DNA from: Tannockella kyphosi
GTDB taxonomy: Bacteria; Bacillota_I; Bacilli_A; Erysipelotrichales; Coprobacillaceae
NCBI RefSeq assembly: GCF_021054785.1
Contig: NZ_CP088239.1
Location: 510,001 to 542,000 of the forward strand
Length of the DNA stretch: 32,000 bases
Direction: 5' to 3'
Shown: positions 1 through 8,348 of the stretch, piece by piece
How the letters are laid out: each line of letters starts with the position of its first letter
Position numbering within the stretch: position 1 is the first letter of the stretch
Translations under genes and position numbers: made by a program
The notes under the pieces: model-generated
What the model was told of the DNA's origin: nothing
Seen by the model: the letters and a program-made list of their open reading frames with translations, nothing else
The model's database searches: none

Positions 1-458
1 CACCAAACCATCATTATGTTATTGGGGATATAGTTTTACTAATTTCTATGAACCGACAAGGTGAAGTAGTATCAATTAATAAAAAAGGTATTTTAACAAT
101 TGATATTGGTGGTTTAAAAGTAAATCTAAAACCTAGTGAAGTTCAATTTCTAAAAAGAAAAGAAAAAACAAAACTAGCAAAAAGTAATGCACGTTCACTA
201 AAGAAAACAACCAACCAAAGTTATGAATTAAATATCATTGGCCAAAGATATGAAGAAGCAATGATTCATTTAGATAAGTTTTTAGATGATGCGATTGTTC
301 ATAACTATAGCTCTGTACGTATTGTTCATGGAATAGGATCAGGAGTATTGCGTAAAGGTGTACGTAAAATGTTAGATAAAAACAAAAATATTGTTTCTTA
401 TCGTGATGGAGGAGCTAATGAAGGTGGTTTAGGTGCCACATTAGCATACTTTGAATAA
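1..458 (+). CDS. mutS2: MutS2 C-terminal fragment (Smr domain); 5' end lies outside the window
   Basis: The frame of ORF 48..458 stays open back to nt 3 (PNHHYVIGDIVLLIS...), so the gene enters from the left edge. LNIIGQRYEEAM...VRIVHGIGSGVLRKGVRKML...YRDGGANEGGLGAT matches the Smr domain as I recall it. Its stop overlaps the uvrC start as TAATG at 456-460. Confidence 0.85.
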   Translation, partial: PNHHYVIGDIVLLISMNRQGEVVSINKKGILTIDIGGLKVNLKPSEVQFLKRKEKTKLAKSNARSLKKTTNQSYELNIIGQRYEEAMIHLDKFLDDAIVHNYSSVRIVHGIGSGVLRKGVRKMLDKNKNIVSYRDGGANEGGLGATLAYFE

Positions 459-2218
459 TGGCAACAAAACAACTAAAAGATAAATTATCATTATTACCAA
501 TAAGTAGTGGTTGTTATTTAATGAAAGACAATACTGGTGAGGTTATTTATGTAGGTAAGGCAAAAAAGCTAAAGAATCGTGTAACTAGTTATTTTACAGG
601 TAGCCATAATTATAAGACAACAAAGTTGGTTAGTGAGATTGTTGATTTTGATTATATTGTAACTGATTCTGAAAAAGAGGCTTTGTTATTAGAAATTAAT
701 TTAATTAAAGATTATAGTCCAAAATATAATATATCCTTTATGGATAATAAATATTATCCATATATTCAATTAACAAAAGAAACCCATCCAACATTAAAAA
801 TTGTTCGTAATGCGAGTGATAAAAAACATAAATACTTTGGACCTTTCCCTGATGGGACTGCAGCAAGAGAAACATTTAAATTATTAAATCGTTTATATCC
901 TTTAAGAAAATGTGCACATATTCCTAAAAAAACATGTCTTTACTATTCTTTACAACAATGTGTAGGTTGTTGTATCCAACCTGTAGATCAAGAAGTATAT
1001 AAAGAAATAACAACAAATATTACTAAATTTATTCAAGGTGATACCAAAGAATTAATGGAAGATTTAGAAGCAAAAATGTATCAAGCTAGTGAATTACAAA
1101 ACTATGAACTAGCAATGGAGTATCGTAACTTAATCCAACATATTAAACATGTTACTAGTAAGCAACATGTTCAATTTAATGATTTAATAGATCGTGATGT
1201 AGTAGGATATTATTGTGAAAATGGTTATATTAGTATTCAGTTATTCTTTATGAGACAAGGAAAGTTACTAGCAAGAGACTTTAATTTAGTACCTTTACAA
1301 AATGATATTGAGGATCATTTGTTTACTTTTTTAATGCAATTTTATCAAGAAAACACATATCCTACAGAGTTATTGTTACCTAGTGATTTAGATGTTTCTT
1401 TATTAGAGGATATTGTCGAATGTAAAATATTGCAACCTCAAAAAGGTAAGAAACATGACTTAGTTACAATGGCAAATAATAATGCTAAAGAATCATTAGA
1501 ACATAAGTTTCAATTAATTATAAAAAATGAAGCATCTACTATTGGAGCAATGCAACAATTAGCTACTTTATTAAATAAAGATGTTCTACATCGGGTGGAA
1601 TTATTCGATAATTCCAATATTCAAGGTGCTCATGCAGTAGCCGGAATGGTTTGTTTTATTGATGGAGTTCCTGCAAAAAAAGAATATCGAAAATATAAAA
1701 TAAAGACAGTAGAAGGTCCTAATGATTATGCAAGTATGGAAGAAGTTATTTATCGACGTTATTTTCGTGTCTTAATGGATAAACTAGAAAGACCTGATTT
1801 AATAATTGTAGATGGTGGTAAAGGACAAATTAAAGTAGCTGTACAAGTGATTGAAAAACTAGGGTTAGATATCCTAGTATGTGGTTTGGCTAAGGATGAT
1901 CAACACAATACTGCCCTGTTATTGGACAAGGATGGTAATGAGATATCTATTAGTCGTAAAAGTGAATTATTTTTCTTGTTAACAAGAATGCAAGATGAAG
2001 TACATCGTTATGCTATTTCTTTCCATAAACAAGTTCGTTCAAAATCTCTATTTCAATCTATATTAGATGATATTGATGGTATTGGACCTAAACGTAAAAA
2101 AGAATTAATGAAAGCTTTTGGAAGTGTTAAAAAAATGAAAGAAGCAAGTAAAGAAGAATTAGAAGAAATTGTTCCTAGTGCTGTGGCTCAAAAATTATAT
2201 AATGTATTAAATAAATAG
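458..2218 (+). CDS. uvrC: Excinuclease ABC subunit C
   Basis: 586 aa. N-terminal GIY-YIG motif (GCYLMKDNTGEVIYVGKAKKLKNRVTSYF). UVR-like helix (ELQNYELAMEYRNLIQHI). C-terminal endonuclease region and HhH (GIGPKRKKELMKAFGSVKKM). Confidence 0.95.
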   Translation: MATKQLKDKLSLLPISSGCYLMKDNTGEVIYVGKAKKLKNRVTSYFTGSHNYKTTKLVSEIVDFDYIVTDSEKEALLLEINLIKDYSPKYNISFMDNKYYPYIQLTKETHPTLKIVRNASDKKHKYFGPFPDGTAARETFKLLNRLYPLRKCAHIPKKTCLYYSLQQCVGCCIQPVDQEVYKEITTNITKFIQGDTKELMEDLEAKMYQASELQNYELAMEYRNLIQHIKHVTSKQHVQFNDLIDRDVVGYYCENGYISIQLFFMRQGKLLARDFNLVPLQNDIEDHLFTFLMQFYQENTYPTELLLPSDLDVSLLEDIVECKILQPQKGKKHDLVTMANNNAKESLEHKFQLIIKNEASTIGAMQQLATLLNKDVLHRVELFDNSNIQGAHAVAGMVCFIDGVPAKKEYRKYKIKTVEGPNDYASMEEVIYRRYFRVLMDKLERPDLIIVDGGKGQIKVAVQVIEKLGLDILVCGLAKDDQHNTALLLDKDGNEISISRKSELFFLLTRMQDEVHRYAISFHKQVRSKSLFQSILDDIDGIGPKRKKELMKAFGSVKKMKEASKEELEEIVPSAVAQKLYNVLNK

Positions 2219-2265
2219 CACTGATTTACTCTTTGTTCATATGATAGAATAAAGGGGATACTTTA

Positions 2266-2472
2266 ATGAATATAATTTTAACACCAAGAGAAAGAGAAAT
2301 ATTTACTTTACTTATTGAAAATTATGCTACAAAAGATATTGCTAGTAAATTAACAATAAGTGAAAAAACAGTTCGTAATCATATTTCTAATGTGATTCAA
2401 AAACTAGGTGTTGAATCTAGGATACAGGCTGTTTTTGAGTTAATAAGATTAGGAGAATTGGAGTTATCTTAG
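2266..2472 (+). CDS. gerE: GerE-type LuxR-family HTH transcription regulator (stand-alone DNA-binding domain)
   Basis: 68 aa. LTPREREIFTLLIENYATKDIASKLTISEKTVRNHISNVIQKLGVESRIQAVFELIRLGELEL is near-colinear with B. subtilis GerE as I remember it (LTKREREVFELL...ISEKTVRNHISNAMQKLGV...ELLRMGELEL). RBS AAGGGGA lies upstream. Confidence 0.85.
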   Translation: MNIILTPREREIFTLLIENYATKDIASKLTISEKTVRNHISNVIQKLGVESRIQAVFELIRLGELELS

Positions 2473-2492
2473 GGGTAACTCTTTTTTTTTTT
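2461..2492 (+). terminator. Possible Rho-independent terminator after gerE
   Basis: GAGTTA (2461-2466) pairs with TAACTC (2476-2481) and is followed by an 11-12 nt T-run. The stem is short and the loop is 9 nt. Confidence 0.5.
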
Positions 2493-2526
2493 AGTTATTT
2501 AGTATATAATTGGGAAAGGTGATGAT

Positions 2527-3669
2527 ATGAAAATAAAAAGAAGATACTTATATGTAGTAGCAATAGTTTGTTTTATTGTTTGCTTTATAGGGCTAAATAA
2601 AAAATATGATCCTTATTATCGAGTAAATGGTATTAATAATGAAAATCGTGTTTTAATTGACCTATACTTGGATGAGGAAGAAAAACAATATTTAATAGAC
2701 TATGCTATTTCTATGGATTTGTTTGTACAATATATTCATATAGATGGTTTTTATTTACCAAATTATGAATATTATATTTCTATTGATAAAGCAAAATGTT
2801 TTTCTTCATTAGAAGAAATGGTTAGTGCAACGAATGAAATTGTTAGTCGTTTAGAGGAATCAGAAATAAAACAAGTTTCTAGTACACTAGATACGTTAAT
2901 ATCTAATAATTTAGTTTTAGTATATTATGAATCACTTGAGTTTGATTGTGATAACATTAATTATTATCAAATTGTACGTTCTTTATATGATGATTATGAA
3001 TATAGTTATGTCGGATATACGAATACTTATGTTGATATATTAACTAGTTATGGCTATGGTGTTTCAGCTGATAAATTAGATGATTGTTTTGTTACGCTTT
3101 GTAATAATTATCAAGCAGACAGTCTTTATTTATTGTTAACTACAACATTGGAAGAAGGACAAGAGATTCTTATCAATCCTTCCTCTTTAGGAGAAACAAT
3201 AGATGAAACTACTTATATTGCTAGTTACTCTCCTAGTGATTTAGATATTGTTACAGGAATACCTAGACTCGTGTATACTACGTATTTGCAAAGTGATACT
3301 TATAGTGCTTTACAATTAATGTATGAAGCTATTTTAGTGGATTTAGGGGATGTTTTCTTGTTAACAGAAGGGTATCAAGACTATGAGACTATTTTATTAG
3401 AGGATAGTGAATTGGCTGGGTTTAGTGTATATCAAACTGGAACATGCATTGATATCCAGGAATCTGGGACAACGGCAGATGAATTTGCTAGTACGGAATT
3501 ATATGAATGGATGCAAGATAATGCGCATTTATATGGATTTATTCAAGAAGAACAGGGAAGTAATACATATCGTTATGTTGGGGTAGATAGTGCTACTGAA
3601 ATATATGATTTATGGGTTGTTGAACAAGCTTATTTAGCTAGTTTAGAAGAAGTTGAAGAGATAGAGTAG
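2527..3669 (+). CDS. Membrane-anchored protein with a degenerate VanY/M15B D,D-carboxypeptidase-like C-terminal domain
   Basis: N-terminal TM helix (YLYVVAIVCFIVCFIGL). The C-terminus FSVYQTGTCIDIQ...LYEWMQDNAHLYGFIQ...NTYRYVGVDSA parallels the M15B pattern SxHxxGxAxD ... YGFI ... EPWHxRYVG. Tyr occupies both His positions. RBS AAAGGTGA. Confidence 0.55.
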   Translation: MKIKRRYLYVVAIVCFIVCFIGLNKKYDPYYRVNGINNENRVLIDLYLDEEEKQYLIDYAISMDLFVQYIHIDGFYLPNYEYYISIDKAKCFSSLEEMVSATNEIVSRLEESEIKQVSSTLDTLISNNLVLVYYESLEFDCDNINYYQIVRSLYDDYEYSYVGYTNTYVDILTSYGYGVSADKLDDCFVTLCNNYQADSLYLLLTTTLEEGQEILINPSSLGETIDETTYIASYSPSDLDIVTGIPRLVYTTYLQSDTYSALQLMYEAILVDLGDVFLLTEGYQDYETILLEDSELAGFSVYQTGTCIDIQESGTTADEFASTELYEWMQDNAHLYGFIQEEQGSNTYRYVGVDSATEIYDLWVVEQAYLASLEEVEEIE

Positions 3670-3689
3670 AAAGTATGGTGGTGTAGTGC

Positions 3690-4478
3690 ATGGAACGAGC
3701 AATAGGTTTATTTGATTCAGGTGTTGGTGGTTTAACAGTATTAAATACGATTCAAGCACTTTTGCCAAATGAAAATATTATTTATGTGGGGGATAATAAA
3801 AATTGTCCTTATGGAAATAAAACAAAAGAACAATTATTTCAATATGCAAGTAGAATTATTGAATATTTTATTTCTTGTGATGTCAAATTAGTAGTATTAG
3901 CTTGTAATACAACAAGTGCGAATGTCTTAGAAGAACTACAATTAAATTATCCTAATATAAAATTGATTGGTGTAATTGATGCCACTTGTAAAGATGCTAT
4001 TGAAAAACAAGTGCAAAAACCACTTGTTATTGCAACACAAGCAACTATTTCATCTAATAAGTATGCTATTTTATTAAAAGAATTAGATAATCAAGTAGAT
4101 GTTCAATCACTAGCAACACCATTATTGGTGCCATTAGTTGAATCTGGGATGTATAAAGAAGGTATTTATGAAACTTTACATAGTTATTTAGATGTCTATA
4201 GTAAAGAGATAGATGGTATTATTTTAGGGTGTACACACTACCCAATATTGAAACAACAAATTAAAGTAGTTCTACCAAATATTACCATTATTTCTTCTAG
4301 TGAAGCTATTGGTAAACAAATACACCACTATTTAACAACACATCAAATGTTAAATACAGACTCTAGAAAATATGTATCTATTTATACAACAGGTGATACA
4401 GAAGAATTTGTATATAGTTCATCAGGATTCTTTGATTATACAGGATTACAAGTAAAATATTTAAATCTAGGTGATTAA
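3690..4478 (+). CDS. murI: Glutamate racemase
   Basis: 262 aa. IGLFDSGVGGLTVL, catalytic-Cys motifs VLACNTTS and ILGCTHYP. Confidence 0.93.
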   Translation: MERAIGLFDSGVGGLTVLNTIQALLPNENIIYVGDNKNCPYGNKTKEQLFQYASRIIEYFISCDVKLVVLACNTTSANVLEELQLNYPNIKLIGVIDATCKDAIEKQVQKPLVIATQATISSNKYAILLKELDNQVDVQSLATPLLVPLVESGMYKEGIYETLHSYLDVYSKEIDGIILGCTHYPILKQQIKVVLPNITIISSSEAIGKQIHHYLTTHQMLNTDSRKYVSIYTTGDTEEFVYSSSGFFDYTGLQVKYLNLGD

Positions 4479-4490
4479 TCACCTTTTTTA
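4469..4490 (+). terminator. Rho-independent terminator overlapping the murI stop
   Basis: AGGTGA TTAA TCACCT followed by TTTTTT. Confidence 0.7.
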
Positions 4491-4534
4491 GTCTAAAAAA
4501 ATAAATCTCTTATATAATAAATAGAGGTGATAAA

Positions 4535-5425
4535 ATGAAATTACTAAAAAATATAAGTATTTTTAGTGTATGTATAGCTGTATTAATGAATCATTATCTT
4601 ACGAATGAACAAGGTGTAAAAGAAATTGCTTCCTATCAAATTGCAGTCTTTAAAGATGTTTATAACACCCTTATACCTATTGAAATACCAGTGTATAGTA
4701 GTGATGAGGAGTCCATTATTTTAGAAGTGATACAAACAATGAAAAGTGAGACATTTCTATCTGATGGATTATATCCTGTTTTAGATTCAAATTTAGAAGT
4801 AGAAGATGTTTTTATAGAAGATAATGTTTTATACTTACAATTAAATGATTCATTCTTAGCTTTAGATAATCAAGATGGTTTAGATATAGCAGAAGCATTA
4901 TCCTATAGTTTATGTAATGGTGGAATCGAAGAAATTATTATTTCTATTGAAGATACGCTTTTAACCTATATTCCAAACAGTACGATACCAATCAGTGCAT
5001 TAACCAAGAGTTTGGGTATTAATAACTTTGAAACAGATACAAATGCACTATTTCGTACTATTCCAGTAGTAGTTTATAATGAACAAATAATAGAAGATCA
5101 AACATATTATGTTCCAACAACATTACGCATAACATGTGATCAAGAAGACCTTGATATACAGGTACAAACTATTTTATCAAAATTGGATTATCCTGATATT
5201 GTTTTAAGTTCTCCAGTTTATTTACATGATGGTCTATTGGATGTTAGTATTGATGCCAATGTATTGTTAGATAATGAAACAATAGATGAAACATTGTATT
5301 GTCAAATTATTCAATCTTTGATGAGTATTGATGGAGTAGAGGCTGTTTCTATCTATATTGATGGACAATTGCAAGAAGTAACACAAAATGTTTCTACTTC
5401 TATTAATAATAGAGTAGAGATTTAA
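4535..5425 (+). CDS. GerM-like protein (two GerMN-type repeats, N-terminal signal/anchor)
   Basis: Hydrophobic N-terminus (ISIFSVCIAVLM). Two similar halves end in ...DNVLYLQLNDSF and ...DGLLDVSIDANVL, resembling GerMN domains. Adjacency to the glutamate racemase gene mirrors the gerM/racE neighbourhood of B. subtilis. The assignment is by recall only. Confidence 0.45.
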   Translation: MKLLKNISIFSVCIAVLMNHYLTNEQGVKEIASYQIAVFKDVYNTLIPIEIPVYSSDEESIILEVIQTMKSETFLSDGLYPVLDSNLEVEDVFIEDNVLYLQLNDSFLALDNQDGLDIAEALSYSLCNGGIEEIIISIEDTLLTYIPNSTIPISALTKSLGINNFETDTNALFRTIPVVVYNEQIIEDQTYYVPTTLRITCDQEDLDIQVQTILSKLDYPDIVLSSPVYLHDGLLDVSIDANVLLDNETIDETLYCQIIQSLMSIDGVEAVSIYIDGQLQEVTQNVSTSINNRVEI

Positions 5426-5474
5426 TAAATTTGTGGTAGAATAGAAGTATCTTATTAGAAAAGAGGTTTTCATA

Positions 5475-5690
5475 ATGGAAAGCAAAGTAAAAATCTATAT
5501 GACAAATGGAAGTATTATTATGGTTGATAATGCCTCAGTAGAAGATATTCAAGAAGCAATCAAGTCTTCTATGAATCCTTTTATTGTTTTGGAAGGAAGA
5601 AAACGTGGTAGCCAAAAATTGAAATCATATACACTGATGTTAAATGCGATTAGTCATTTTAGAAACTATAACACTTGGGAAGAAAGCTAA
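5475..5690 (+). CDS. Hypothetical small protein (71 aa)
   Basis: Good RBS (AAAGAGG, 7 nt before the ATG). A strong terminator follows directly. No recognisable motif. Confidence 0.5.
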   Translation: MESKVKIYMTNGSIIMVDNASVEDIQEAIKSSMNPFIVLEGRKRGSQKLKSYTLMLNAISHFRNYNTWEES

Positions 5691-5703
5691 AAACTATTAA
5701 TAA

Positions 5704-5738
5704 GAAAGACTTTAGTACAAAGTCTTTCTATTTTATTA
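5704..5738 (+). terminator. Rho-independent terminator
   Basis: AGAAAGACTTT (5704-5714) / AAAGTCTTTCT (5720-5730), an 11-bp perfect stem with a 5-nt loop and a T-rich tail. Confidence 0.8.
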
Positions 5739-5872
5739 GACAATTATAGTTTATATTAAATTCTGATTTTTTTGATATGTTGATAAAACATTGATAAAAT
5801 CAAAGTAATTTTTATCAACTTTTAGAGACTAAAAATATCATATTTTTTTATCTAAAAAAAGTAAAAAAATAC

Positions 5873-5901
5873 TTGATTTAGATATATGCCTATGGTATTA
5901 T
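5873..5901 (+). promoter_or_regulatory. Sigma-A type promoter for tRNA-Arg
   Basis: TTGATT (5873-5878), a 17-nt spacer, then TGgTATTAT with -10 TATTAT at 5896-5901 and an extended TG at 5893-5894. It lies about 20 nt upstream of the tRNA 5' end. Confidence 0.6.
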
Positions 5902-5922
5902 AAATGGGCAGTTGAAAACCGA

Positions 5923-5999
5923 GTCTACGTAGCTCAGCCGGATAGAGCACACGCCTTCTAAGCGTGCGGTCAGGGGTTCGAATCCCTTCGTGGACGCCA
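5923..5999 (+). tRNA. tRNA-Arg (anticodon TCT), CCA encoded
   Basis: Folded by hand. Acceptor GTCTACG/CGTGGAC with one G-U. D arm GCTC...GAGC. Anticodon stem CACGC/GCGTG with loop CTTCTAA. T arm AGGGG TTCGAAT CCCTT. Discriminator G, then CCA. Total 77 nt. Confidence 0.93.
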
Positions 6000-6009
6000 T
6001 TAGAAAAAT

Positions 6010-6036
6010 ACCCTTATTTTATAAGGGTTTTTATTT
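6010..6036 (+). terminator. tRNA-Arg terminator hairpin; also the start of direct-repeat copy A
   Basis: ACCCTTAT TTT ATAAGGGT followed by TTTTATTTT. Confidence 0.7.
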
Positions 6037-6047
6037 TGTCTTTTTTA

Positions 6048-6067
6048 TTTTGGACGCTTTTGGACGC
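6048..6067. repeat. Perfect tandem duplication 2 x TTTTGGACGC
   Basis: TTTTGGACGC occurs at 6048-6057 and 6058-6067. The TGGACGC core is identical to the tRNA-Arg acceptor 3' strand (5991-5997). The insert is absent from repeat copy B. Confidence 0.9.
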
Positions 6068-6084
6068 TTTTTTTTGTAAAAAAA

Positions 6085-7167
6085 TTAACCAAGAAGCTTT
6101 TTCATTTTATTCCTTTTTTCTGGAAACATGTGTGAATATGTCTTTTCGACCATTTCTTTTGAATGTCCTAAACGTTCGGATATATCCCATGCATCTGCAC
6201 CATTATTAGCTAAATATGAGACGTGGGAGTGTCTAAAGTCATGCAGACGTATTTTAGGTATAGAATCCTCATGCATGTTGTTATAAGCTACTATATAGCG
6301 ATTTTTCGCATTTTCAACCGTTTTATGTGGAATAGGTTTATTTGTGCCAAAGATGTAAAAGTTATTGTTGAATCCAGCAACAGTATCGCATTCCTTGTAT
6401 AATGCTTGTAAATCATCAAGTATTTTACTAGGAACATATATGATCCTATTTTCACCATTTTTTGTAGAGTTAGTAATAACTCTATTTTTATTATCAAAAT
6501 TGCTATGGATGCGTAGATCCCTAGTACGAAAATTCAAATCATTCCAAGTTCTAGCTTGGAGTTCACTAATTCGCATTCCAGTCCAATACATAGTTTGGAA
6601 GAGCAGCAGATGAAGATCATTCGTAATAACACTGCAGAATTTTTCAAAATCTTCTGGAGTGTAGAATAACATTTCTTTTTTTACTTCGTTGTGATTTTTC
6701 ACGTAGTCTACATAATCAAAAGGGTTTTTATCTATCATTAATTTCCTTACTGAGAAACGCAGAGTAGACTTCAATACAGTTTGTATTTTTTCACTATAGG
6801 CGTTTGAATAGCCTTGTTTTAATACTTCCTTTTGAAAAGCTTCAATAATTGGGATTGTTATCTTATCAACATACATCTTGCCCAAGAGAGGGGATATCTG
6901 TTTATTGTAAAGCATTTGATAATTATATATTGTACGAGGCTTTGTCCTATCTTTTTTGTACTCCAGGTACATTTTAAAAAGATCATCCAGTATGACCGAT
7001 TGTCTTTTAACTTGTTGTATTTCCAATAAGGCTATACGCTCATATTCTTGTGCGAGTTTTTTTGTTTGAAAACCTCTTTTTTTTGTAGTGACATATTTAC
7101 CAAAAGCATCAGAATATGATATACTGGCAAACCATGTGCCACGTTTTGTATCTTTGTAGGCTGGCAT
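6085..7167 (-). CDS. Tyrosine recombinase / phage-type integrase
   Basis: 360 aa. N-terminal SAM-like/arm region, then the catalytic domain with ...TGMRISEL..., LHDFRHSHVSYL, GHSKEMVEKTYSHMF (R..HxxR..Y signature). It is adjacent to and convergent on tRNA-Arg. RBS AGAGGG. Confidence 0.92.
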   Translation of the reverse strand: MPAYKDTKRGTWFASISYSDAFGKYVTTKKRGFQTKKLAQEYERIALLEIQQVKRQSVILDDLFKMYLEYKKDRTKPRTIYNYQMLYNKQISPLLGKMYVDKITIPIIEAFQKEVLKQGYSNAYSEKIQTVLKSTLRFSVRKLMIDKNPFDYVDYVKNHNEVKKEMLFYTPEDFEKFCSVITNDLHLLLFQTMYWTGMRISELQARTWNDLNFRTRDLRIHSNFDNKNRVITNSTKNGENRIIYVPSKILDDLQALYKECDTVAGFNNNFYIFGTNKPIPHKTVENAKNRYIVAYNNMHEDSIPKIRLHDFRHSHVSYLANNGADAWDISERLGHSKEMVEKTYSHMFPEKRNKMKKLLG

Positions 7168-7168
7168 A

Positions 7169-7702
7169 ATTTATACCCTCTTTCTTTTTGTTGTTTAGAA
7201 GTCCATTTACAGATGCTGTTCCCAAAATATTTTCTATATCTAAATTATTTTTCATAAATTGTTTAAGATATTCTAATTACTGATCACTTAAAGAAAGCAT
7301 ATCTAACATAAAAAATGGTTTTAGGTCCATAATGTTTGGTTGTTCTAAATCAGTGTAAAATTTGTAAATAACACCATTTGTTAAAATAGCGAATTTAGAT
7401 TTTGTAGTACCAAAATATCTAAATAATTGTGAATCATGTTTTTCCAAGTTGTCACTGTATGGTTTTGCTTCAATGAGTATGAAAGGTACATTATCTTGTA
7501 AGATTGCATAATCTACTTTTTCATGTTTTTTAATACCTACATCGCCAGTAAACTCAGGTATAAATTCTAACGGATTAAAAACATCATAACCCAAGTTCGA
7601 AAAGAACGGTAAAATAAAGGACTGCTTTGTCGCTTCTTCTGTTGCTATTCTTTCCTTAAGATTCTTAATACGGTCACTTAATGCATACATTTTTTCTTCC
7701 AT
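7169..7702 (-). pseudogene. HsdR_N-type PD-(D/E)xK nuclease-domain gene, interrupted by an in-frame TAA and 3'-truncated at the integrase gene
   Basis: ORF 7277..7702 (141 aa) has strong RBS AAGGAGGA and the motif VDYAILQDNVPFILIEAKP typical of type I restriction enzyme R N-terminal-domain proteins. After the TAA at 7277-7279 the same frame stays open for about 36 more codons (LEYLKQFMKNNLDIENILGTASVNGLLNNKKKEGIN) until it runs into the integrase start. Confidence 0.65.
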
Positions 7703-8180
7703 ACTTTTATCCTCCTTAAATAAAATGTATTTATATGAACACGGCTGTGTTTATAATGGTACTACTGTATCGTTTTGTTGAGTTTCAAAAGCTTGAAGCG
7801 GAGGCACATCTAATGAGCTGTAGCCCTAGGCAAATCATGCAGTTTCATAAAAAAGAATTATTTTTCTCTTAAAAAAGAGTAATAAAGTGAGATGGTTGCG
7901 TATATATAAGTGTAGGTATAACATCCCTACGTTTACGTGTGTGAATAAGACCGATTTTATTTAGGAAAAATAGTAATTTTATATCAAAAATCGCACTATT
8001 TTGCTAGTAAAATCCTAAAAAAAGATACTTTTTTGAACTTTTGTATTATTATAAAGGTATATTTGTTGTTGTTTTTATAGCTAAAAAGCAAAAAAAGTGA
8101 AGAAAAAGCTATAAAAAACTAAAGAAAACTAAAGAGAAAACTTAAAAAGTTAAAAAGAAAAACAGTTAGGAGGTAATATT

Positions 8181-8348
8181 ATGGCAACGAAAAGTTTTGA
8201 TAGTAAATTTCAAGTAAATAATAATTCTTTTGATTGTTTTCAAAAAGTACTTTCTAGCGATAAGATAACAATTTTAAATTGCACTAAAAAGGTTAGACCC
8301 TTGAATAAAGTGGAAGTTTTAGAGCGCATGAAAAATGCAAAAAAATAG
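8181..8348 (+). CDS. Small protein (55 aa), putative partner or antitoxin of the downstream GNAT-like gene
   Basis: It is absent from the ORF track because it is under 60 aa. ATG 8181 is preceded by TTAGGAGGT at ideal spacing. It ends at TAG 8346-8348 and overlaps the next ORF by 14 nt. No recognisable fold (not DUF1778/RHH-like by eye). Confidence 0.5.
   Translation: MATKSFDSKFQVNNNSFDCFQKVLSSDKITILNCTKKVRPLNKVEVLERMKNAKK

Larger units (their letters stand above)
6009..6125. repeat. Direct repeat copy A (terminator hairpin, T-rich spacer and the 3' end of the integrase gene)
   Basis: It aligns by eye with 9927-10030. TACCCTTATTTTATAAGGG[T/C]TTTTATTTTG..CTTTTTTATTTT is shared, then AAAAAAATTAA[C/T]CAAG[A/T]AG..TTTTC.AT..TATTCCTTTTTT. 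Copy A carries an extra 2x10-nt insert. Confidence 0.85.

Noticed and set aside
5267-5485. Antisense or overlapping ORFs inside confident genes: 5267..5485, 5964..6209, 6291..6497, 6365..6613, 6832..7029, 14651..14905, 15616..15864, 17041..17289, 18020..18211, 18819..19013, 22379..22606, 24096..24308, 25496..25687, 30269..30457 and 30865..31056.
   Set aside because: Each lies within or antisense to a gene with clear family motifs, or over the tRNA-Arg. They have odd composition (Leu/Ile/Phe/Ser-rich, typical of AT-rich antisense frames) and lack ribosome-binding sites.
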